Assembly: GCF_046119375.1 (NCBI RefSeq)
Contig: NW_027362767.1
Coordinates: 257,300,001 to 257,364,000, forward strand
Length of the DNA stretch: 64,000 nt
Reading direction: 5' to 3'
Source: Phyllobates terribilis
Taxonomy: Eukaryota
Position 1 is the stretch's first letter, and the number at the start of each line of letters is the position of its first letter. A program made the position numbers and the translations under genes. The notes under the pieces were generated by a model. It had not been told where the DNA came from and did no database searches. It was given only the letters and a program-made list of their open reading frames with translations. Positions 54,365 to 64,000 of the stretch are shown here, one piece after another.

Positions 54365-57300
54365 CATGTCTCGTGATTGGTGCTTCTCCAGCTGAGTAAC
54401 ACAGCCGGCGTGTCTCGGGATGCAGTGCGGCCTCCAGCTGTGTAACACAACCGGCGTGTCTCGGGATGCGGTGCGGGTTCCAGCTGTGTAACACAGCCGG
54501 CGTGTCTCAGGATCGGTGCGGCCTCCAGCTGTGTAACACAGCCGGCGTGTCTCAGGATCGGTGCGGCCTCCAGCTGTGTAACACAGCCGGCGTGTCTCGG
54601 GATGCGGTGCTGGCTCCAGCTGTGTAACACAGCCGGCGTGTCTCAGGATCGGTGCGGCCTCCAGCTGTGTAACACAGCCGGCGTGTCTCGGGATGCAGTG
54701 CGGGTTCCAGCTGTGTAACACAGCCGGCGTGTCTCGGGATCGGTGCTGGCTCCAGCTGTGTAACACAGCCGGCGTGTCTCAGGATCGGTGCGGCCTCCAG
54801 CTGTGTAACACAGCCGGCGTGTCTCAGGATCGGTGCGGCCTCCAGCTGTGTAACACAGCCGGCGTGTCTCGGGATGCGGTGCTGGCTCCAGCTGTGTAAC
54901 ACAGCCGGCGTGTCTCAGGATCGGTGCGGCCTCCAGCTGTGTAACACAGCCGGCGTGTCTCGGGATGCAGTGCGGGTTCCAGCTGTGTAACACAGCCGGC
55001 GTGTCTCGGGATCGGTGCTGGCTCCAGCTGTGTAACACAGCCGGCGTGTCTCGGGATCGGTGCTGGCTCCAGCTGTGTAACACAGCCGGCGTGTCTCGGG
55101 ATCTGTGCTGGCTCCAGCTGTGTAACACAGCCGGCGTGTCTCGGGATCGGTGCTGGCTCCAGCTGTGTAACACAGCCGGCGTGTCTCGGGATGCGGTGCT
55201 GGCTCCAGCTGTGTAACACAGCCGGCGTGTCTCGGGATGCAGTGCGGCCTCCAGCTGTGTAACACAGCCGGCGTGTCTCGGGATGCAGTGCGGCCTCCAG
55301 CTGTGTAACACAGCCGGCGTGTCTCGGGATGCAGTGCGGCCTCCAGCTGTGTAACACAGCCGGCGTGTCTCGGGATGCAGTGCGGCCTCCAGCTGTGTAA
55401 CACAGCCGGCGTGTCTCGGGATGCAGTGCGGCCTCCAGCTGTGTAACACAGCCGGCGTGTCTCGGGATCGGTGCTGGCTCCAGCTGTGTAACACAGCCGG
55501 CGTGTCTCGGGATCGGTGCTGGCTCCAGCTGTGTAACACAGCCGGCGTGTCTCGGGATCGGTGCTGGCTCCAGCTGTGTAACACAGCCGGCGTGTCTCGG
55601 GATCGGTGCTGGCTCCAACTGTGTAACACAGCCGGCGTGTCTCGGGATCGGTGCTGGCTCCAGCTGTGTAACACAGCCGGCGTGTCTCGGGATCGGTGCT
55701 AGCTCCAGCTGGCGTGTCTCGGGATCGGTGCTGGCTCCAGCGGTGTAACACAGCCGGCGTGTCTCGGGATCGGTGCTGGCTCCAGCTGTGTAACACAGCC
55801 GGCGTGTCTCGGGATCGGTGCTGGCTCCAGCTGTGTAACACAGCCGGCGTGTCTCGGGATCGGTGCTGGCTCCAGCTGTGTAACACAGCCGGCGTGTCTC
55901 GGGATCGGTGCTGGCTCCAGCTGTGTAACACAGCCGGCGTGTCTCGGGATCGGTGCTGGCTCCAGCTGTGTAACACAGCCGGCGTGTCTCGGGATGCGGT
56001 GCTGGCTCCAGCTGTGTAACACAGCCGGCGTGTCTCGGGATGCAGTGCGGCCTCCAGCTGTGTAACACAGCCGGCGTGTCTCGGGATGCAGTGCGGCCTC
56101 CAGCTGTGTAACACAGCCGGCGTGTCTCGGGATGCAGTGCGGCCTCCAGCTGTGTAACACAGCCGGCGTGTCTCGGGATGCAGTGCGGCCTCCAGCTGTG
56201 TAACACAGCCGGCGTGTCTCGGGATCGGTGCTGGCTCCAGCTGTGTAACACAGCCGGCGTGTCTCGGGATTGGTGCTGGCTCCAGCTGTGTAACACAGCC
56301 GGCGTGTCTCGGGATTGGTGCTGGCTCCAGCTGTGTAACACAGCCGGCGTGTCTCGGGATCGGTGCTGGCTCCAGCTGTGTAACACAGCCGGCGTGTCTC
56401 GGGATTGGTGCTGGCTCCAGCTGTGTAACACAGCCGGCGTGTCTCGGGATCGGTGCTGGCTCCAGCTGTGTAACACAGCCGGCGTGTCTCGGGATCGGTG
56501 CTGGCTCCAGCTGTGTAACACAGCCGGCGTGTCTCGGGATCGGTGCGGGCTCCAGCTGGCGTGTCTCGGGATCGGTGCTGGCTCCAGCTGTGTAACACAG
56601 CCGGCGTGTCTCGGGATCGGTGCTGGCTCCAGCTGTGTAACACAGCCGGCGTGTCTCGGGATCGGTGCGGGCTCCAGCTGTGTAACACAGCCGGCGTGTC
56701 TCGGGATCGGTGCTGGCTCCAGCTGTGTAACACAGCCGGCGTGTCTCGGGATCGGTGCTGGCTCCAGCTGTGTAACACAGCCGGCGTGTCTCGGGATCGG
56801 TGCGGGCTCCAGCTGTGTAACACAGCCGGCGTGTCTCGGGATGCAGTGCGGCCTCCAGCTGTGTAACACAGCCGGCGTGTCTCGGGATCGGTGCGGGCTC
56901 CAGCTGTGTAACACAGCCGGCGTGTCTCGGGATCGGTGCGGGCTCCAGCTGTGTAACACAGCCGGCGTGTCTCGGGATCGGTGAGGGCTCCAGCTGTGTA
57001 ACACAGCCGGCGTGTCTCGGGATGCAGTGCGGCCTCCAGCTGTGTAACACAGCCGGCGTGTCTCGGGATCGGTGCGGGCTCCAGCTGTGTAACACAGCCG
57101 GCGTGTCTCGGGATCGGTGCTAGCTCCAGCTGGCGTGTCTCGGGATCGGTGCTGGCTCCAGCGGTGTAACACAGCCGGCGTGTCTCGGGATCGGTGCTGG
57201 CTCCAGCTGTGTAACACAGCCGGCGTGTCTCGGGATCGGTGCTGGCTCCAGCTGTGTAACACAGCCGGCGTGTCTCGGGATCGGTGCTGGCTCCAGCGGT

Positions 57301-60300
57301 GTAACACAGCTGGCGTGTCTCGGGATCGGTGCTGGCTCCAGCTGTGTAACACAGCCGGCGTGTCTCGGGATCGGTGCTGGCTCCAGCTGTGTAACACAGC
57401 CGGCGTGTCTCGGGATCGGTGCTGGCTCCAGCTGTGTAACACAGCCGGCGTGTCTCGGGATCGGTGCTGGCTCCAGCTGTGTAACACAGCCGGCGTGTCT
57501 CGGGATCGGTGCTAGCTCCAGCTGGCGTGTCTCGGGATCGGTGCTGGCTCCAGCGGTGTAACACAGCCGGCGTGTCTCGGGATCGGTGCTGGCTCCAGCT
57601 GTGTAACACAGCCGGCGTGTCTCGGGATCGGTGCTGGCTCCAGCTGTGTAACACAGCCGGCGTGTCTCGGGATCGGTGCTGGCTCCAGCGGTGTAACACA
57701 GCCGGCGTGTCTCGGGATCGGTGCTGGCTCCAGCTGTGTAACACAGCCGGCGTGTCTCGGGATCGGTGCTGGCTCCAGCTGTGTAACACAGCCGGCGTGT
57801 CTCGGGATCGGTGCTGGCTCCAGCGGTGTAACACAGCCGGCGTGTCTCGGGATCGGTGCTGGCTCCAGCTGTGTAACACAGCCGGCGTGTCTCGGGATCG
57901 GTGCTGGCTCCAGCTGTGTAACACAGCCGGCGTGTCTCGGGATCGGTGCTGGCTCCAGCTGTGTAACACAGCCGGCGTGTCTCGGGATCGGTGCTGGCTC
58001 CAGCTGTGTAACACAGCCGGCGTGTCTCGGGATCGGTGCTTGCTCCAGCTGTGTAACACAGCCGGCGTGTCTCGGGATCGGTGCTGGCTCCAGCTGTGTA
58101 ACACAGCCGGCGTGTCTCGGGATCGGTGCGGGCTCCAGCTGTGTAACACAGCCGGCGTGTCTCGGGATCGGTGCGGGCTCCTGCTGTGTAACACAGCCGG
58201 CGTGTCTCGGGATGCAGTGCGGCCTCCAGCTGTGTAACACAGCCGGCGTGTCTCGGGATCGGTGCGGGCTCCAGCTGTGTAACACAGCCGGCGTGTCTCG
58301 GGATCGGTGCGGGCTCCAGCTGTGTAACACAGCCGGCGTGTCTCGGGATCGGTGCGGGCTCCAGCTGTGTAACACAGCCGGCGTGTCTCGGGATCGGTGC
58401 GGGCTCCAGCTGTGTAACACAGCCGGCGTGTCTCGGGATCGGTGCGGGCTCCAGCTGTGTAACACAGCCGGCGTGTCTCGGGATCGGTGCTGGCTCCAGC
58501 TGTGTAACACAGCCGGCGTGTCTCGGGATCGGTGCTGGCTCCAGCTGTGTAACACAGCCGGCGTGTCTCGGGATCGGTGCGGGCTCCAGCTGTGTAACAC
58601 AGCCGGCGTGTCTCGGGATGCAGTGCGGCCTCCAGCTGTGTAACACAGCCGGCGTGTCTCGGGATCGGTGCTGGCTCCAGCTGTGTAACACAGCCGGCGT
58701 GTCTCGGGATCGGTGCTGGCTCCAGCGGTGTAACACAGCCGGCGTGTCTCGGGATCGGTGCTGGCTCCAGCTGTGTAACACAGCCGGCGTGTCTCGGGAT
58801 CGGTGCTGGCTCCAGCTGTGTAACACAGCCGGCGTGTCTCGGGATCGGTGCTGGCTCCAGCTGTGTAACACAGCCGGCGTGTCTCGGGATCGGTGCTGGC
58901 TCCAGCTGTGTAACACAGCCGGCGTGTCTCGGGATCGGTGCTGGCTCCAGCTGTGTAACACAGCCGGCGTGTCTCGGGATCGGTGCGGGCTCCAGCTGTG
59001 TAACACAGCCGGCGTGTCTCGGGATCGGTGCGGGCTCCAGCTGTGTAACACAGCCGGCGTGTCTCGGGATCGGTGCGGGCTCCAGCTGTGTAACACAGCC
59101 GGCGTGTCTCGGGATCGGTGTGGGCTCCAGCGGTGTAACACAGCCGGCGTGTCTCGGGATCGGTGCTGGCTCCAGCTGTGTAACACAGCCGGCGTGTCTC
59201 GGGATCGGTGCTGGCTCCAGCTGTGTAACACAGCCGGCGTGTCTCGGGATCGGTGCGGGCTCCAGCTGTGTAACACAGCCGGCGTGTCTCGGGATCGGTG
59301 CTGGCTCCAGCTGTGTAACACAGCCGGCGTGTCTCGGGATCGGTGCGGGCTCCAGCTGTGTAACACAGCCGGCGTGTCTCGGGATCGGTGCGGGCTCCAG
59401 CTGTGTAACACAGCCGGCGTGTCTCGGGATCAGTGCGGGCTCCAGCTGTGTAACACAGCCGGCGTGTCTCGGGATCGGTGCGGGCTCCAGCTGTGTAACA
59501 CAGCCGGCGTGTCTCGGGATCGGTGCTGGCTCCAGCTGTGTAACACAGCCGGCGTGTCTCGGGATCGGTGCGGGCTCCAGCTGTGTAACACAGCCGGCGT
59601 GTCTCGGGATGCAGTGCGGCCTCCAGCTGTGTAACACAGCCGGCGTGTCTCGGGATCGGTGCGGGCTCCAGCTGTGTAACACAGCCCGCGTGTCTCGGGA
59701 TCGGTGCGGGCTCCTGCTGTGTAACACAGCCGGCGTGTCTCGGGATGCAGTGCGGCCTCCAGCTGTGTAACACAGCCGGCGTGTCTCGGGATCGGTGCGG
59801 GCTCCAGCTGTGTAACACAGCCGGCGTGTCTCGGGATCGGTGCGGGCTCCAGCTGTGTAACACAGCCGGCGTGTCTCGGGATCGGTGCGGGCTCCAGCTG
59901 TGTAACACAGCCGGCGTGTCTCGGGATCGGTGCGGGCTCCAGCTGTGTAACACAGCCGGCGTGTCTCGGGATCGGTGCGGGCTCCAGCTGTGTAACACAG
60001 CCGGCGTGTCTCGGGATCGGTGCGGGCTCCAGCTGTGTAACACAGCCGGCGTGTCTCGGGATCGGTGCGGGCTCCAGCTGTGTAACACAGCCGGCGTGTC
60101 TCGGGATCGGTGCGGGCTCCAGCTGTGTAACACAGCCGGCGTGTCTCGGGATGCAGTGCGGCCTCCAGCTGTGTAACACAGCCGGCGTGTCTCGGGATCG
60201 GTGAGGGCTCCAGCTGTGTAACACAGCCGGCGTGTCTCGGGATCGGTGCTGGCTCCAGCTGTGTAACACAGCCGGCGTGTCTCGGGATCGGTGCGGGCTC

Positions 60301-63300
60301 CAGCTGTGTAACACAGCCGGCGTGTCTCGGGATCGGTGCGGGCTCCAGCTGTGTAACACAGCCGGCGTGTCTCGGGATCGGTGCGGGCTCCAGCTGTGTA
60401 ACACAGCCGGCGTGTCTCGGGATCGGTGCGGGCTCCAGCTGTGTAACACAGCCGGCGTGTCTCGGGATCGGTGAGGGCTCCAGCTGTGTAACACAGCCGG
60501 CGTGTCTCGGGATGCAGTGCGGCCTCCAGCTGTGTAACACAGCCGGCGTGTCTCGGGATCGGTGCGGGCTCCAGCTGTGTAACACAGCCGGCGTGTCTCG
60601 GGATCGGTGCTAGCTCCAGCTGGCGTGTCTCGGGATCGGTGCTGGCTCCAGCGGTGTAACACAGCCGGCGTGTCTCGGGATCGGTGCTGGCTCCAGCTGT
60701 GTAACACAGCCGGCGTGTCTCGGGATCGGTGCTGGCTCCAGCTGTGTAACACAGCCGGCGTGTCTCGGGATCGGTGCTGGCTCCAGCGGTGTAACACAGC
60801 TGGCGTGTCTCGGGATCGGTGCTGGCTCCAGCTGTGTAACACAGCCGGCGTGTCTCGGGATCGGTGCTGGCTCCAGCTGTGTAACACAGCCGGCGTGTCT
60901 CGGGATCGGTGCTGGCTCCAGCTGTGTAACACAGCCGGCGTGTCTCGGGATCGGTGCTGGCTCCAGCTGTGTAACACAGCCGGCGTGTCTCGGGATCGGT
61001 GCTAGCTCCAGCTGGCGTGTCTCGGGATCGGTGCTGGCTCCAGCGGTGTAACACAGCCGGCGTGTCTCGGGATCGGTGCTGGCTCCAGCTGTGTAACACA
61101 GCCGGCGTGTCTCGGGATCGGTGCTGGCTCCAGCTGTGTAACACAGCCGGCGTGTCTCGGGATCGGTGCTGGCTCCAGCGGTGTAACACAGCCGGCGTGT
61201 CTCGGGATCGGTGCTGGCTCCAGCTGTGTAACACAGCCGGCGTGTCTCGGGATCGGTGCTGGCTCCAGCTGTGTAACACAGCCGGCGTGTCTCGGGATCG
61301 GTGCTGGCTCCAGCGGTGTAACACAGCCGGCGTGTCTCGGGATCGGTGCTGGCTCCAGCTGTGTAACACAGCCGGCGTGTCTCGGGATCGGTGCTGGCTC
61401 CAGCTGTGTAACACAGCCGGCGTGTCTCGGGATCGGTGCTGGCTCCAGCTGTGTAACACAGCCGGCGTGTCTCGGGATCGGTGCTGGCTCCAGCTGTGTA
61501 ACACAGCCGGCGTGTCTCGGGATCGGTGCTTGCTCCAGCTGTGTAACACAGCCGGCGTGTCTCGGGATCGGTGCTGGCTCCAGCTGTGTAACACAGCCGG
61601 CGTGTCTCGGGATCGGTGCGGGCTCCAGCTGTGTAACACAGCCGGCGTGTCTCGGGATCGGTGCGGGCTCCTGCTGTGTAACACAGCCGGCGTGTCTCGG
61701 GATGCAGTGCGGCCTCCAGCTGTGTAACACAGCCGGCGTGTCTCGGGATCGGTGCGGGCTCCAGCTGTGTAACACAGCCGGCGTGTCTCGGGATCGGTGC
61801 GGGCTCCAGCTGTGTAACACAGCCGGCGTGTCTCGGGATCGGTGCGGGCTCCAGCTGTGTAACACAGCCGGCGTGTCTCGGGATCGGTGCGGGCTCCAGC
61901 TGTGTAACACAGCCGGCGTGTCTCGGGATCGGTGCGGGCTCCAGCTGTGTAACACAGCCGGCGTGTCTCGGGATCGGTGCTGGCTCCAGCTGTGTAACAC
62001 AGCCGGCGTGTCTCGGGATCGGTGCTGGCTCCAGCTGTGTAACACAGCCGGCGTGTCTCGGGATCGGTGCGGGCTCCAGCTGTGTAACACAGCCGGCGTG
62101 TCTCGGGATGCAGTGCGGCCTCCAGCTGTGTAACACAGCCGGCGTGTCTCGGGATCGGTGCTGGCTCCAGCTGTGTAACACAGCCGGCGTGTCTCGGGAT
62201 CGGTGCTGGCTCCAGCGGTGTAACACAGCCGGCGTGTCTCGGGATCGGTGCTGGCTCCAGCTGTGTAACACAGCCGGCGTGTCTCGGGATCGGTGCTGGC
62301 TCCAGCTGTGTAACACAGCCGGCGTGTCTCGGGATCGGTGCTGGCTCCAGCTGTGTAACACAGCCGGCGTGTCTCGGGATCGGTGCTGGCTCCAGCTGTG
62401 TAACACAGCCGGCGTGTCTCGGGATCGGTGCTGGCTCCAGCTGTGTAACACAGCCGGCGTGTCTCGGGATCGGTGCGGGCTCCAGCTGTGTAACACAGCC
62501 GGCGTGTCTCGGGATCGGTGCGGGCTCCAGCTGTGTAACACAGCCGGCGTGTCTCGGGATCGGTGCGGGCTCCAGCTGTGTAACACAGCCGGCGTGTCTC
62601 GGGATCGGTGCGGGCTCCAGCTGTGTAACACAGCCGGCGTGTCTCGGGATCGGTGCTGGCTCCAGCTGTGTAACACAGCCGGCGTGTCTCGGGATCGGTG
62701 CTGGCTCCAGCTGTGTAACACAGCCGGCGTGTCTCGGGATCGGTGCGGGCTCCAGCTGTGTAACACAGCCGGCGTGTCTCGGGATCGGTGCTGGCTCCAG
62801 CTGTGTAACACAGCCGGCGTGTCTCGGGATCGGTGCGGGCTCCAGCTGTGTAACACAGCCGGCGTGTCTCGGGATCGGTGCGGGCTCCAGCTGTGTAACA
62901 CAGCCGGCGTGTCTCGGGATCAGTGCGGGCTCCAGCTGTGTAACACAGCCGGCGTGTCTCGGGATCGGTGCTGGCTCCAGCTGTGTAACACAGCCGGGCG
63001 TGTCTCGGGATCGGTGCTGGCTCCAGCTGTGTAACACAGCCGGCGTGTCTCGGGATCGGTGCGGGCTCCAGCTGTGTAACACAGCCGGCGTGTCTCGGGA
63101 TGCAGTGCGGCCTCCAGCTGTGTAACACAGCCGGCGTGTCTCGGGATCGGTGCGGGCTCCAGCTGTGTAACACAGCCCGCGTGTCTCGGGATCGGTGCGG
63201 GCTCCTGCTGTGTAACACAGCCGGCGTGTCTCGGGATGCAGTGCGGCCTCCAGCTGTGTAACACAGCCGGCGTGTCTCGGGATCGGTGCGGGCTCCAGCT

Positions 63301-64000
63301 GTGTAACACAGCCGGCGTGTCTCGGGATCGGTGCGGGCTCCAGCTGTGTAACACAGCCGGCGTGTCTCGGGATCGGTGCGGGCTCCAGCTGTGTAACACA
63401 GCCGGCGTGTCTCGGGATCGGTGCGGGCTCCAGCTGTGTAACACAGCCGGCGTGTCTCGGGATCGGTGCGGGCTCCAGCTGTGTAACACAGCCGGCGTGT
63501 CTCGGGATCGGTGCGGGCTCCAGCTGTGTAACACAGCCGGCGTGTCTCGGGATCGGTGCGGGCTCCAGCTGTGTAACACAGCCGGCGTGTCTCGGGATCG
63601 GTGCGGGCTCCAGCTGTGTAACACAGCCGGCGTGTCTCGGGATCGGTGCGGGCTCCAGCTGTGTAACACAGCCGGCGTGTCTCGGGATGCAGTGCGGCCT
63701 CCAGCTGTGTAACACAGCCGGCGTGTCTCGGGATCGGTGAGGGCTCCAGCTGTGTAACACAGCCGGCGTGTCTCGGGATCGGTGCTGGCTCCAGCTGTGT
63801 AACACAGCCGGCGTGTCTCGGGATCGGTGCGGGCTCCAGCTGTGTAACACAGCCGGCGTGTCTCGGGATCGGTGCGGGCTCCAGCTGTGTAACACAGCCG
63901 GCGTGTCTCGGGATCGGTGCGGGCTCCAGCTGTGTAACACAGCCGGCGTGTCTCGGGATCGGTGCGGGCTCCAGCTGTGTAACACAGCCGGCGTGTCTCG
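54365..64000. repeat. GC/CpG-rich 45-bp satellite, over 9.6 kb (more than 200 copies), running off the window
   Basis: Unit ccagctgtgtaacacagccggcgtgtctcgggatcggtgc(t/g)ggct with 46-bp and 32-bp variants and a higher-order duplication of about 3490 bp. Confidence 0.99.

Noticed and set aside
54169-63985. ORFs up to 2157 aa
   Set aside because: They are translations of a 45-bp (15-codon) repeat, open in several frames on both strands, with no domain or splice context.
54380-64000. CACAGCC as a RAG recombination-signal heptamer
   Set aside because: It differs from CACAGTG and has no nonamer at 12/23 spacing.

Overview
This is vertebrate genomic DNA, probably from a frog (inferred from the Tc1, T2/Harbinger MITE, CR1, V-SINE and minisatellite content). 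It lies in a block syntenic with human Xp11. Five protein-coding loci can be reconstructed by hand: NDUFB11 exon 1 (-); an intact, intronless LZTFL1/BBS17 ORF (+) head-to-head with it; PQBP1 (-, 6 coding exons, 200 aa); TIMM17B (+, 6 exons, 156 aa) head-to-head with PQBP1; and a TAFA/FAM19A-family secreted protein gene (-) at a position where mammals have no TAFA. The rest is seven Tc1 copies from at least five families, a truncated CR1, a chromovirus remnant, two solo LTRs, MITEs, a SINE and about ten minisatellite arrays. All very long ORFs in the supplied track are translations of tandem repeats. The main leads are: (1) the probable LZTFL1 retrogene, with an RFX X-box, on the NDUFB11 bidirectional promoter; (2) the TAFA paralogue; (3) a Penelope-like insertion in TIMM17B intron 5 with a hammerhead ribozyme motif, a 16-bp target duplication and Tc1s at mirror-image sites. 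Homology calls come from recalled sequences, not from searches.
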